Assembly: GCA_905372035.1 (NCBI GenBank)
Contig: CAJPNN010000002.1
Coordinates: forward strand, 1,497-65,496
Length of the DNA stretch: 64,000 nt
Source of the DNA: Bacillota bacterium
GTDB taxonomy: Bacteria; Bacillota; Clostridia; Peptostreptococcales; Anaerovoracaceae
Reading direction: 5' to 3'
A program made the translations under genes and the position numbers. The notes beneath the pieces are model-generated. The model saw only the letters and a list, made by a program, of their open reading frames with translations. It did not search any database and had not been told where the DNA came from. Shown here piece by piece: positions 12,528 to 22,671 of this stretch. Position 1 is the stretch's first letter, and each line of letters opens with the position of its first letter.

Positions 12528-13139
12528 CTATTTTTTTCTTTCGCTCTTCTTTTTATTATCAATGAAATATTCATTTAAAAGCTTTCTTGCCATAAGTCTG
12601 TAAGCGTTGGATTGAATTGCTAAAATAAGTATCACGCCCATTATTTCGTGGGCATCATCATCTGATGTTCCCATCTCTTCCATTACCGCTTTTACATATT
12701 CTATATCTTCATGTATCTGATTTGTCATTTGCAATATCTCTTTGTCCCGGCTTCTCAAAAGACTGTCATAAAGACCTTCCATATCGTATTGTTCCTCAAG
12801 AATTGATTCATGATTTTCAACAAATGACTTAAACAAAACTTTCATCTCATCCATCTGGAAAATACTCTTCAACTGAAAAATCATGTTCAATATAACCATA
12901 TGCTCCTTGTTATATTTTTTATTCTCCGGTTTCGGAAGTACTTTGTGCTTTACGTAGTTACTTACCATTGACTTTGTAAAAACATCCTGTTCTTTTTCTT
13001 TATATACTGCCAGCTCTTTGTTGAGTAGTGATACAACCTGATCCATATAAAGTTCCACTTCCGGCATCTCATCAGGCAAAAGTAATCCGGTTTTCGCATA
13101 TTTATCCATAACCTGATTTAAAAATTCTTCATATCTCAT
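12528..13139 (-). CDS. DUF1836 domain-containing protein
   Basis: 203 aa with LYMDQVVSLLNKEL...TKSMVSNYVKHKVLPKPENKKYNKEHMVILNMIFQLK, the DUF1836 signature as I recall it. Strong SD AAGGAGG. Confidence 0.7.
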   Translation of the reverse strand: MRYEEFLNQVMDKYAKTGLLLPDEMPEVELYMDQVVSLLNKELAVYKEKEQDVFTKSMVSNYVKHKVLPKPENKKYNKEHMVILNMIFQLKSIFQMDEMKVLFKSFVENHESILEEQYDMEGLYDSLLRSRDKEILQMTNQIHEDIEYVKAVMEEMGTSDDDAHEIMGVILILAIQSNAYRLMARKLLNEYFIDNKKKSERKK

Positions 13140-13302
13140 AATATAATGTTCCTCCTTAATTTAAATTTTCGGAATATGAGCCTCCTCTTTTTTCGGTTTT
13201 CATTTATTATATTATAAGTTTTTAAATATCCGATGTCAAGGTTGTAGCGTCCTCCCAAGCTCTTAAATATTGAATATAGAACTTTTTATGCCCGATTTAT
13301 GT

Positions 13303-13346
13303 TAAAAACAAAACTGTTATCACCATATCATCATACGGGATAACAG
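13303..13346 (-). terminator. intrinsic terminator downstream of the THUMP methyltransferase gene
   Basis: Minus strand: CTGTTATC - 17-nt loop - GATAACAG followed by TTTTGTTTTT. Arms at 13314-13321 and 13339-13346. Confidence 0.65.
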
Positions 13347-13384
13347 CTTTAAATCATTTTTTATATTTTATGTGACACTATAAT

Positions 13385-14524
13385 TTATTTTACCCTCTTT
13401 ACAGGTTTTATTCCGGGATTCTGATAATAACACGTTTCTATCATTCCGTTAAAAAGCTTTCTTCTTCTCGCTGCATTTCCGAAAGTTTCTTCAAAGCTTT
13501 TATCCGCCGTTATAACATATATTGACCATGTCGGATTTGCATGTTGCTTTTTTGCCAACATATCATACAGCTTTCCGAGTTTGGCCTTATCGCCTATTCT
13601 CTCACCGTATGGAGGATTTGTCACCAATACCCCGTAGTTGCCTCGGAGCTCTACACTTTGTGCATTCATAACTTTGAACTTTATACTGTCTTCAACGCCC
13701 GCCTCTATTGCATTTTCCCTTGCTGCAAATATTGCTCTCTTATCGATATCCGTTCCCAGGATATTCAGCTCAGTATCATAATCAATTGCAGCAAAAGCCC
13801 TTCTTCTCTCTTCTTTCCAAAGCTTTTTAGGTATGCACTCCCAATTTTCAGCCGCAAAATTCCTAGAAACTCCCGGGGCTATATTCCTTGCCATAAGTGC
13901 CGCTTCTATCGCTATCGTCCCCGATCCGCAAAACGGATCTGTCAAAGGCTTATCCTTACGCCATACGGAAAGATAAAGCAATCCGGCTGCCAACGTTTCT
14001 TTTATCGGCGCCGGAACATTTTTCACTCTATATCCTCTTTTATGAAGTCCCGCTCCGCTTGTATCAAGCGTAACCGTCACCCTGTCCTTAAGTAATGTAA
14101 GTTTGACGACAAACTCGGCACCTGTTTCCGGAAATTCGGAAACGGCGTAAGTTTCCGCAAGTCTTTCAATTATAGCTTTTTTGCCTATGCTTTGACATCC
14201 CGGAACGCTGTGAAGCTGAGATTTCACCGATGTTCCCGTCACAACTATCCTGCTGTCGAACGTAAACCATTGCTCCCATGCAATAGCCTTTACCTGCTGA
14301 AAAAGTTCCTCAAAAGTTTTTGCATGAAATTCGGCAAGCTTTATCAGTACTCTGTCGGCACACCTAAGCCAAAGATTCGAACGAACAACACCCCTCTCAT
14401 CCGTCATATATGTTATTTTTCCGTTCTCAGAAGATAAGATCGGATATCCCAAGCTTTCAACTTCCCTTTTTACGACTGCTTCAAGCCCGAACGTGCTTGT
14501 TGCAATAACTTCCAATTTACTCAT
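13385..14524 (-). CDS. THUMP domain-containing class I SAM-dependent RNA methyltransferase (RlmL/YpsC-like, UPF0020)
   Basis: 379 aa. N-terminal THUMP-like region, DPFCGSGTIAIEAA SAM motif and NPPYGERIG catalytic motif. Confidence 0.8.
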   Translation of the reverse strand: MSKLEVIATSTFGLEAVVKREVESLGYPILSSENGKITYMTDERGVVRSNLWLRCADRVLIKLAEFHAKTFEELFQQVKAIAWEQWFTFDSRIVVTGTSVKSQLHSVPGCQSIGKKAIIERLAETYAVSEFPETGAEFVVKLTLLKDRVTVTLDTSGAGLHKRGYRVKNVPAPIKETLAAGLLYLSVWRKDKPLTDPFCGSGTIAIEAALMARNIAPGVSRNFAAENWECIPKKLWKEERRRAFAAIDYDTELNILGTDIDKRAIFAARENAIEAGVEDSIKFKVMNAQSVELRGNYGVLVTNPPYGERIGDKAKLGKLYDMLAKKQHANPTWSIYVITADKSFEETFGNAARRRKLFNGMIETCYYQNPGIKPVKRVK

Positions 14525-14622
14525 CTATACTAAGCACCTCTATGCCTCCGTCTTTCGTAAATACAATATCCCGCAAAAAACCGACAAATCCTGCATTGTA
14601 GATTTTACGCACAATACCCTTG

Positions 14623-15645
14623 CTACATGAGACCTTTCTTTTGATTAAGCTGATTTTTTTCGATCAGGTCTATTGAATTCAATGCTTTTCCGGTTCCTAC
14701 AGCTACGCATGACGTCGCATCTTCAGCCACGATTACATCAATTCCGGTCCTTTCCTTTATTCTTCTATCCATACCTTTGAGCATAGCTCCGCCGCCTGTA
14801 ATCACTATTCCGCTGTTGCTTATGTCCGCCGAAAGCTCCGGCGGTGTTTTCTCAAGAACGGCATGAACCGTATCACAAATAATCTGTAGAGGCTCATCAA
14901 GAGCTTCAAGCATTTCCTCCGAAGATATTTCAACGGACTTCGGAAGTCCTGTCACCAGATCTCTTCCTTTACACTCTTTTACTATCTTTTCTTCATCGTG
15001 GAACGCTGTTCCGATCGTCATTTTCATTTCTTCTGCGGTTCTTTCACCTATATAAAGTTTATGCTTGTTTTTCATATATTTTACAATTGCCTCATCAAAT
15101 TTATCTCCCGCTATTTTGACAGATGCACTTGTAACTATTCCACCAAGGGAGATAACCGCAATATCGGTAGTTCCTCCGCCTATATCTATGACCATAATTC
15201 CATCCGGCTTTGCAATATCAAGCCCCGCACCTATAGCTGCCGCAATCGGTTCTTCCATAAGATAAACAGCTTTTCCGCCTGCCTGAACGGCTGCTTCTCT
15301 CACAGCTCTTTTTTCCACTTCCGTAACTCCGCTGGGAACGCACACCATTATTCTGGGTTTGAAAAACTTTCCGCTGCCGCACGCTTTTCTTATGAAATAT
15401 TTCAGCATTCTCTCAGTTATATTGTAATCGGAGATCACACCGTCTCTAAGAGGCCTCACCGCAACAATGTTTGCAGGTGTTCTTCCGAGCATCTGCCTCG
15501 CTTCTTCTCCCACCGCCAAAATCTCATCGTTATCTCTGTTTATTGCAACAACCGACGGTTCATCAAGCACAACTCCTTTTCCTTTTATGTACACAAGTAC
15601 ATTTGCCGTACCCAAATCGATTCCTACTTCTGCTGAAAAACCCAC
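14623..15645 (-). CDS. mreB: rod shape-determining protein MreB/Mbl family
   Basis: GIDLGTANVLVY, DIGGGTTDIAV and ITGGGAML actin-fold motifs. The GTG at 15645 lies 8 nt after GAGGGAG. The ORF-track GTG at 15654 abuts the SD. No mreC or mreD lies next to it. Confidence 0.88.
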   Translation of the reverse strand: MGFSAEVGIDLGTANVLVYIKGKGVVLDEPSVVAINRDNDEILAVGEEARQMLGRTPANIVAVRPLRDGVISDYNITERMLKYFIRKACGSGKFFKPRIMVCVPSGVTEVEKRAVREAAVQAGGKAVYLMEEPIAAAIGAGLDIAKPDGIMVIDIGGGTTDIAVISLGGIVTSASVKIAGDKFDEAIVKYMKNKHKLYIGERTAEEMKMTIGTAFHDEEKIVKECKGRDLVTGLPKSVEISSEEMLEALDEPLQIICDTVHAVLEKTPPELSADISNSGIVITGGGAMLKGMDRRIKERTGIDVIVAEDATSCVAVGTGKALNSIDLIEKNQLNQKKGLM

Positions 15646-15722
15646 GAATATCACTCCCTCTGTATTTATTTATATCCTCATACATTATATATTATATGTC
15701 TATATTTTGGCAACATATTCCG

Positions 15723-16217
15723 CTACCTGTTGTCCACTTTTTCCGGATATAAATCGTGGTTCGCCAATCTGTCCTCCGCTATCTTTTCCCATTTTGTTCC
15801 CGACTTGCCGTAATTGCAATAAGGATCTATAGAAATTCCTCCTCTGGGCGTAAATTTACCCCATACTTCAATATATTTAGGATCCATAAGTTTTATAAGG
15901 TCTTTCATTATAATATTCATACAGTCCTCATGAAAATCCCCATGGTTTCTGAAGCTCAACAAATATAATTTCAAAGATTTGCTTTCAACCATCTTTACCT
16001 CAGGAACATATGAAATATATACAGTTGCAAAGTCCGGCTGCGAAGTTATCGGACAAAGGCTTGTAAATTCGGGACAATTAAACTTTACAAAATAGTCATT
16101 CTCCCGGTGCTTATTCTCAAAGGTTTCAAGAAGTTCGGGATTATATTGAAACTCATACTTTATGTTTTGATTTCCCAACATGTTCAAATTTAAATCTTCT
16201 CTCATATCAATCTCCAT
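15723..16217 (-). CDS. queF: NADPH-dependent 7-cyano-7-deazaguanine (preQ0) reductase, type I
   Basis: [42 protein letters not shown] and [13 protein letters not shown]. Start uncertain among the ATGs at 16241, 16217 and 16205. 16217 has GAAGGCGG upstream. Confidence 0.9.
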   Translation of the reverse strand: MEIDMREDLNLNMLGNQNIKYEFQYNPELLETFENKHRENDYFVKFNCPEFTSLCPITSQPDFATVYISYVPEVKMVESKSLKLYLLSFRNHGDFHEDCMNIIMKDLIKLMDPKYIEVWGKFTPRGGISIDPYCNYGKSGTKWEKIAEDRLANHDLYPEKVDNR

Positions 16218-16286
16218 TCCGCCGCCTTCGCCCTGCGGCATAAACAGTAATAAAAATATCGACGTACTCCGCTTTCTTTTACACTG

Positions 16287-16772
16287 TTACTCTCCCGCTT
16301 TGTTTTCCAACACCTTAACCAACACAACACCTAATATGCCGGGCACGATCTGCCCCGCACAAACGCTGGCTGCCAATGTCCAATACGGTACTCCGAGTAT
16401 TTTAGACAACCAGATAGGAACAATAAGTCCCGGTCCCGCTATAATAGGTATCGCAATCAGGTATACAGGCAGCCTGCATCTTCTTATCAAATATATAAGT
16501 GACGAGGTTATGACACCTACAACAAATCCCCCGACAGTATCAAATATTCCCATCCCGCCTAAAAGCATATTGGATATTGAGTTGGACAGCCCTAAAGGTA
16601 AAATCAAAAATGGGAATAGATACGCTGTTGAATATATTGCGGTAGCAACTCTTATTTGCAGAAATCCGAAAGCTATGCCCTGTGTTATCATCATCACAAC
16701 AACATATACAGCCATAATGATCGCCGATATGGTCACTTTTTTTGTCTTTGACATCTCAATCTTTTTATTCAT
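16287..16772 (-). CDS. queT: queuosine-precursor transporter QueT (ECF S-component-like)
   Basis: Polytopic protein with IRVATAIYSTAYLFP and IFDTVGGFVVGVITS as in the QueT family, directly upstream of queF. The ATG at 16772 is preceded by AATGGAGGACCTT. The longer ORF-track N-terminus (to 16838) lacks an SD and runs through the G-rich leader. Confidence 0.8.
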   Translation of the reverse strand: MNKKIEMSKTKKVTISAIIMAVYVVVMMITQGIAFGFLQIRVATAIYSTAYLFPFLILPLGLSNSISNMLLGGMGIFDTVGGFVVGVITSSLIYLIRRCRLPVYLIAIPIIAGPGLIVPIWLSKILGVPYWTLAASVCAGQIVPGILGVVLVKVLENKAGE

Positions 16773-16960
16773 AAGGTCCTCCATTAAAAGTATATTTGCA
16801 GTCCTGCCACAACCCCCACCCCGTACTGATAATATCAAGGCTTAAAAATCAAGCAAAATAATCATTTATAGTTAAGAATTTCGGACCTGCATATATAAAG
16901 TAAACACTCTAAAATCCAAGGACCTGCATTGCATATGCAATTTATATTTTACATACAATA
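16773..16960 (-). promoter_or_regulatory. structured queT-queF leader. Candidate preQ1-responsive riboswitch or SD-sequestering element, class not assignable by eye.
   Basis: Minus strand: 10-nt direct repeat ATGCAGGTCC (plus-strand GGACCTGCAT at 16883-16892 and 16920-16929). Its AGGUCC(UU) is complementary to the SD region GGAGGACCU at 16774-16782. Also a G-rich segment ACGGGGUGGGGGUUGUGGCAGGACUGC, a 12-bp palindrome TTGCATATGCAA at 16929-16940, and a possible promoter (TTGATG at 16970-16975, 18 nt, TAAAAT at 16946-16951). Confidence 0.4.
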
Positions 16961-16974
16961 TCACTTTTACATCA

Positions 16975-17006
16975 ATAAAATAAAAGGTGGAAAACACCAC
17001 CTTTTT
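16975..17006 (-). terminator. intrinsic terminator after carB
   Basis: Minus strand: AAAGGTGG-TGTTTT-CCACCTTT followed by TATTTTATTG. Arms at 16983-16990 and 16997-17004, about 127 nt past the carB stop. Confidence 0.7.
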
Positions 17007-17131
17007 AAAAACACAAAAACAAAAGCAATATGCTCATTCTCCTAGTTTTATTTATAGACAGGATGGTTGCGAACTGTCTTATTGAATTATATTTGCTCTA
17101 TGATTATACGATAAAATTATGGAAAAAGCAA

Positions 17132-20100
17132 TCAGATTTTCCCTATATCAATCATTTCGCACTCCTCAATATCTTTTTCCATAAGCAAACAGTTGACAAG
17201 TGCATCCGCCGTATCGAGTGAAGTTAAACAGGCGATGTTTCTCTCTATAGCTTTTCTTCTCATTTTAACCGATCGCATCGCAGGTTTTCTTCCTATTTTG
17301 GACGTTGAAACTACAAAATCCACATCTCCCGAATCAAAAAGCTCCGTAGTGTTGGGCGACGGTTCATCATCCTTGTTCACTATATCACAGGAAACTCCAT
17401 GCTCCCTGAGATATTCTCCCGTATTTTCGGTGGCAGTTATCGTATAGCCGAACTTCATAAATTTTTGTGCGATTTCAACAACTTCCGGTTTATCCTCATC
17501 TTTCACCGTTATGAGGACCGTATTGCCGACCTTCGTTAAATCATACCCTGCCGCTACAAGTCCTTTGAACAGTGCCGTTTCAAAATCTTTTGCTATCCCT
17601 AAAACCTCTCCTGTGGATTTCATCTCCGGTCCCAAATGATTGTCGGCATCAAGCAGCTTGGGGAAGCTGAACACGGGAACTTTGACCGCAACATAATCGG
17701 CCTCTTTTGCAAGCCCGCTTTCATATCCCATATCCTTAAGTTTTTCACCCAACATAACCCTTGTTCCGAGTTCAACTACAGGTATGTTCGTCACTTTACT
17801 TATATAAGGCACCGTTCTTGATGACCTCGGATTTACTTCTATGACGAAAAGTTCTCCATCATAAAGTACATATTGAATATTTACAAGTCCCATAACACCG
17901 AGCTCTTTTGACAGTCTTCCGGTATAATCGACAACTTTATTTTTAACGTTTTCAGATAACGTTTGCGGCGGATAAACTGATATTGAATCTCCGGAGTGAA
18001 CACCTGCTCTTTCTATATGCTCCATGATTCCGGGAATCAAAAAATCATCTCCGTCACACACCGCATCAACCTCTATTTCCGTACCCATCAGATATTTATC
18101 GATTAAAACGGGATTTTCAAGTTTCGACGCAGTTATTATATCCATATACTCTATAACATCATCTCTGCTGTATGCAATTATCATGTTTTGTCCTCCGAGT
18201 ACATATGACGGTCTCAAAAGTACCGGATATCCCAGGTCATCCGCCTCAATCACGGCTTCCTCCGTGCTCATCGCCATTTTTCCGTTCGGCCTCGGAATTT
18301 TGCATTTTTCAAGGAGCATATCAAATCTTTCCCTGTCTTCCGCCTCATCTATGCTGTCTCCCGATGTTCCCAGAATCTTTATGCCTTTTTCCATAAGAAA
18401 TTTAATGAGTTTTATAGCGGTTTGCCCTCCGAACTGCACAACCACACCCCACGGTTTCTCAGTTTCTATAACCGATTCCACATCTTCCGCCGTAAGCGGT
18501 TCAAAGTACAGTCTGTCTGAAATATCGAAATCCGTTGAAACCGTTTCAGGATTGTTATTTACAATTATCGCCTGATATCCGTGTTTTTTTAAAGCATTCA
18601 CACAGTGAACCGAACAATAATCAAATTCTATCCCCTGCCCTATCCTTATAGGCCCCGAACCGAATACCAATATTTTTTTTCTGTTGTCGATATGTTCTTC
18701 TATAAACTCTTTCGCTTCATTGTCTTCATCAAATGTCGAATAAAAATACGGTGTCTCCGCTTTGAACTCCGCCGCACAGGTATCTACCATCTTGTATGAT
18801 GCGAACAACTTCTCGGGAAGTTTGTGTCCCGAAAGTTTTTTGATCGTGGAATTCAAAAATCCCATATCTTTAGCTCTCTTATATTTCTCTTGCGTCAGTT
18901 CCCCACAGGATATATCCTGCTCCATTTCTATCAGGTTTTTTAATTTATATAAAAACCATCTGTCTATCTTTGTAATGTTGAAAATTTCATCTATTCCTAT
19001 GCCTCGTTTTATAGCTTCATATACCACGAATATTCTCTCATCATCACAATTATACAAAAGCGCCTTTATCTCTTCTTCTCTTTTATCCCTCAGCTTGGGC
19101 AAGTTGAGGGAATCAAGCCCCAGCTCTATGGACCTTACCGCTTTCATAACAGCTTGCTCGAAACACGTTCCTATCGCCATGACTTCCCCGGTTGCTTTCA
19201 TCTGTGTTCCCAGACTCCTTTTCGCATATACAAACTTGTCAAAAGGCCATTTAGGGAATTTTACCACTATATAATCGATTGCAGGTTCAAAACACGCATA
19301 TGTATTCCCCGTAACATTATTTAAAATTTCATCAAGAGTATACCCTATCGCAATCTTTGATGCCACTTTAGCTATCGGATAACCCGTAGCTTTTGATGCC
19401 AATGCCGATGATCGTGATACTCTCGGATTTACCTCTATGACCCCATACTCGAAGTTCTCCGGATTCAATGCGAATTGACAGTTGCATCCCCCGCATATTT
19501 CAAGACTTTGTATTATTTTTATAGCGGAGCTTCTGAGCATTTGATATTCTTTATCGGCCAAAGTCACCGCCGGTGCCACCACGATTGAATCTCCCGTATG
19601 CACACCTACAGGATCAAGATTTTCCATTGAACAAACAGTTATGGTGTTGTTTTTTGAATCCCGTATAACCTCAAACTCTATCTCTTTCCATCCCGACACA
19701 CATTTTTCAACCAAAATCTGCGTTATAGGACTTAACCTGAGCCCCGTACTTGCAATTTGCTTAAGCCTTTCTTCATTTTCCGCAATACCTCCTCCGGTAC
19801 CTCCGAGCGTGTATGCCGGTCTTACTATCACGGGATATCCTATCTCACGTGCATAATCAAGAGCTGATTTCGTATCGTTTACCACTTTTGAAGGAATTAC
19901 AGGTTCACCTATGCTCTCCAACATGTTTTTGAAAAGCTGCCTGTCTTCAGCTTTGTCGATAATATCGGGATCCGCACCTAAAAGCTTTACGTTATTCTCA
20001 TCCAGGAATCCGTCTTTTGCGAGCTGCATACAAAGAGTCAACGCAGTCTGACCGCCAAGGGTTGACAATATGCTGTCCGGCTTCTCAAGCTTTATTATTT

Positions 20101-20326
20101 TTTTCACGACAGCCAAAGTGAGCGGCTCTATATAAACCTTATCCGCCATGGTTTTATCCGTCATGATCGTCGCCGGATTTGAATTTATCAGAATAACTTC
20201 AAGCCCTTCTTCTTTAAGGGTTCTGCACACCTGTGTTCCCGCATAATCAAATTCTGCCGCCTGCCCTATAACTATCGGTCCGGAACCTATGACCAAAACC
20301 CTTTTTATATCACTTCTCAACCCCAT
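17132..20326 (-). CDS. carB: carbamoyl-phosphate synthase large subunit
   Basis: 1064 aa. IKRVLVIGSGPIVIGQAAEFDYAG start, two ATP-grasp halves and an MGS-like C-terminus. Overlaps the carA stop by 17 nt. Confidence 0.95.
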   Translation of the reverse strand: MGLRSDIKRVLVIGSGPIVIGQAAEFDYAGTQVCRTLKEEGLEVILINSNPATIMTDKTMADKVYIEPLTLAVVKKIIKLEKPDSILSTLGGQTALTLCMQLAKDGFLDENNVKLLGADPDIIDKAEDRQLFKNMLESIGEPVIPSKVVNDTKSALDYAREIGYPVIVRPAYTLGGTGGGIAENEERLKQIASTGLRLSPITQILVEKCVSGWKEIEFEVIRDSKNNTITVCSMENLDPVGVHTGDSIVVAPAVTLADKEYQMLRSSAIKIIQSLEICGGCNCQFALNPENFEYGVIEVNPRVSRSSALASKATGYPIAKVASKIAIGYTLDEILNNVTGNTYACFEPAIDYIVVKFPKWPFDKFVYAKRSLGTQMKATGEVMAIGTCFEQAVMKAVRSIELGLDSLNLPKLRDKREEEIKALLYNCDDERIFVVYEAIKRGIGIDEIFNITKIDRWFLYKLKNLIEMEQDISCGELTQEKYKRAKDMGFLNSTIKKLSGHKLPEKLFASYKMVDTCAAEFKAETPYFYSTFDEDNEAKEFIEEHIDNRKKILVFGSGPIRIGQGIEFDYCSVHCVNALKKHGYQAIIVNNNPETVSTDFDISDRLYFEPLTAEDVESVIETEKPWGVVVQFGGQTAIKLIKFLMEKGIKILGTSGDSIDEAEDRERFDMLLEKCKIPRPNGKMAMSTEEAVIEADDLGYPVLLRPSYVLGGQNMIIAYSRDDVIEYMDIITASKLENPVLIDKYLMGTEIEVDAVCDGDDFLIPGIMEHIERAGVHSGDSISVYPPQTLSENVKNKVVDYTGRLSKELGVMGLVNIQYVLYDGELFVIEVNPRSSRTVPYISKVTNIPVVELGTRVMLGEKLKDMGYESGLAKEADYVAVKVPVFSFPKLLDADNHLGPEMKSTGEVLGIAKDFETALFKGLVAAGYDLTKVGNTVLITVKDEDKPEVVEIAQKFMKFGYTITATENTGEYLREHGVSCDIVNKDDEPSPNTTELFDSGDVDFVVSTSKIGRKPAMRSVKMRRKAIERNIACLTSLDTADALVNCLLMEKDIEECEMIDIGKI

Positions 20327-21431
20327 TATTTTGTCTCCTTTTTGAAGTCTTCATCATATCCATGAACTTATCGAATAAATACTGCGTATCATTGGGTCCC
20401 GCACACGCTTCCGGGTGAAATTGCACCGTAAATGCGTTTTTTTTCTCATAAATCAATCCTTCACAGCTCCCGTCATTTACATTTATATGACTTACCTGAC
20501 AAAGCCAGTGCGGAATAGAGTCGCTCATTACAGCATAACCGTGATTTTGACTTGTTACGAATACTCTCTCTTTGATTTTATCCAAGACAGGCTGATTTGC
20601 TCCTCTGTGTCCGTATTTCAGTTTTTCCGTCTTGATGCCGTTCGCCAGTGCGAACAACTGATGCCCCAGACATATACCTAAAATCGGAAGATCAAGTTCC
20701 ATAACTTCCTTTAGAATTTCTATCGCCTCATCGTTGTCCTCAGGGTTACCCGGTCCGTTTGAAAGCATTATGCCGTCCGGAGCAAGCGACATAAGCTTTG
20801 AAACCGGAGTGTTGTACGGTACGATCGTCACTTTTGCCCCTCTTTTATTTAAGCTCCTCAATATATTTTTTTTGTATCCGTAATCATAAAGCACAACATT
20901 ATATTCGGAATTTTCGACATCATACTCATATATATCCGTGACCGAAACCTTAGGCACGGCATCTGTAATTGAATACTCTTTTATTTCATCCAAAAACTGT
21001 CCTATGTTCCCGGGAAGCCTTGTGCATATCGCTCCGTTCATGGTTCCGCATTCCCTCAATTTTTTTGTTACCGCACGAGTATCCACCCCTGATATTCCTA
21101 TTACTCCCTCTTTTTTAAGATACTCGTCTATGTTGTATTTGCTCCTGAAATTTGACGGTTCTTTGCACCATTCTCTTACAATATATCCTCTCGTCCAGCA
21201 TTTTGACGACTCTGTATCATGATCATTAAGACCGTAGTTGCCTATAAGCGGAAATGTCTGCATGACAAGCTGTCCGAAATAACTCGGATCCGTCAGGGTT
21301 TCCTGATAACCCGTCATAGATGTATTGAAAACCACTTCTCCCACAGCAGTTCCTTTTGCGCCTACACTATATCCCTCATACAGTGTTCCGTCCGCTAAAA
21401 TCAAATATGCCTTGTCTTCATATTCTTTCAA
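20310..21431 (-). CDS. carA: carbamoyl-phosphate synthase small (glutaminase) subunit
   Basis: 373 aa. VFNTSMTGYQETLTDPSY, GICLGHQL catalytic Cys, QFHPEA. Confidence 0.93.
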   Translation of the reverse strand: MKEYEDKAYLILADGTLYEGYSVGAKGTAVGEVVFNTSMTGYQETLTDPSYFGQLVMQTFPLIGNYGLNDHDTESSKCWTRGYIVREWCKEPSNFRSKYNIDEYLKKEGVIGISGVDTRAVTKKLRECGTMNGAICTRLPGNIGQFLDEIKEYSITDAVPKVSVTDIYEYDVENSEYNVVLYDYGYKKNILRSLNKRGAKVTIVPYNTPVSKLMSLAPDGIMLSNGPGNPEDNDEAIEILKEVMELDLPILGICLGHQLFALANGIKTEKLKYGHRGANQPVLDKIKERVFVTSQNHGYAVMSDSIPHWLCQVSHINVNDGSCEGLIYEKKNAFTVQFHPEACAGPNDTQYLFDKFMDMMKTSKRRQNNGVEK

Positions 21432-21452
21432 AATGCTCCCGTCCTTTCCATA

Positions 21453-22631
21453 CTACTCACATGCTTTGAGCAAAATCTCCAGCCCCTTATCAATCTCTTC
21501 AATCGAAATATTGAGCGGTGGCAGGAGCCTGACTTTGTCCTTTGCCGTAAGTGCCAATACTCCCATCTCAATTCCTTTTTTTACAACTTCCGATGACGAT
21601 TTGTTTTTTGCTCTGAATCCTACCATAAGTCCCAATCCCGAAACATCTGCAACCGTTTCATCATGTTGTTTTAAAAAGCTTTTTATATAATCTCCTTTAT
21701 TTTTCACTTCCTCATACAATTTGTGATCCAGTCTTTTAAGTACACTCTCCACACTTGCCGAAACCGGCGGACTCCCGCCGAACGTTGTTCCGTGGTCTCC
21801 ATATCCCAAAACATTCGCCGTCCTTTCGGCAAAAAGACATGCTCCCACAGGAAGCCCGCCTCCGATACCCTTTGCCATCGTCACAATGTCAGGATTCAGT
21901 CCGTAAATGTGCGAACATAAAAATGCTCCGCATCTTCCCGCACCCGTCTGGACTTCATCTATTATCAGAAGAATGTCTCTTTCTTTACAGATTTCTTCCA
22001 CTTCTTTCACATAGCTTTTATCGATCGGAATCACACCGCCCTCTCCCTGTATAAGTTCAAGCATGATTGCGACAGTGTTTTCTCCTATATTTTCTTTGAG
22101 CATCTGCAAATCGCTTGCATCTACATATTTTATTCCGTCAAGAAACGGCATAAAGTCTTTATGATACTGTTCTTGTCCCGTTGCCGTTATGGTTGCCATC
22201 GTTCTTCCGTGAAAAGAATTCTTAAGAGTTATAATCTCATGTTTTTCCGGTCCGAAGTTATCATGTCCATATTTTCTTGCAGTTTTTATCGCCGCCTCAT
22301 TCGCTTCCGCACCTGAGTTGCAAAAAAACACTTTTTTCATATTCGCCTTTTGAGTAATAAGCTCGGCGGCTCTTATCTGCGGTTCGGTATAGAACAGGTT
22401 CGACGTATGAGTAAGCAAATTTAGCTGCTCCGTAACGTCCGCAATCATTTTTTCATCGGAAAAACCGAACACATTGACTCCGATTCCCGAAGTCAGATCT
22501 ATATATTCCTTATCATTTTCATCATAACATTTTGCACCCTTTCCTCTTTTTATCAATAAGGGGAATCTCTTATATGTGGATGCCGTATATCGCTCTTCTC
22601 TGTCCGTTATATCTTTCAAAGTAACCGTCAT
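21453..22631 (-). CDS. argD: acetylornithine aminotransferase (class III PLP aminotransferase)
   Basis: 392 aa. FFCNSGAEANEAAIK, LLIIDEVQTGAGRCG, and its position inside the arg operon. Confidence 0.88.
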   Translation of the reverse strand: MTVTLKDITDREERYTASTYKRFPLLIKRGKGAKCYDENDKEYIDLTSGIGVNVFGFSDEKMIADVTEQLNLLTHTSNLFYTEPQIRAAELITQKANMKKVFFCNSGAEANEAAIKTARKYGHDNFGPEKHEIITLKNSFHGRTMATITATGQEQYHKDFMPFLDGIKYVDASDLQMLKENIGENTVAIMLELIQGEGGVIPIDKSYVKEVEEICKERDILLIIDEVQTGAGRCGAFLCSHIYGLNPDIVTMAKGIGGGLPVGACLFAERTANVLGYGDHGTTFGGSPPVSASVESVLKRLDHKLYEEVKNKGDYIKSFLKQHDETVADVSGLGLMVGFRAKNKSSSEVVKKGIEMGVLALTAKDKVRLLPPLNISIEEIDKGLEILLKACE

Positions 22632-22671
22632 ATACTTTCAACCTGTCCTCTCTGTTCTATTAACGTGTACG

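Noticed and set aside
16773-16960. Canonical preQ1-I riboswitch (5-bp hairpin followed by an A-rich ...ACUA tail next to the SD) upstream of queT
   Set aside because: I could not find that compact motif on the minus strand. The nearest look-alike (UUAACUAUAAAUG after the second AUGCAGGUCC) has no P1 stem. It is kept only as a generic riboswitch or leader candidate.
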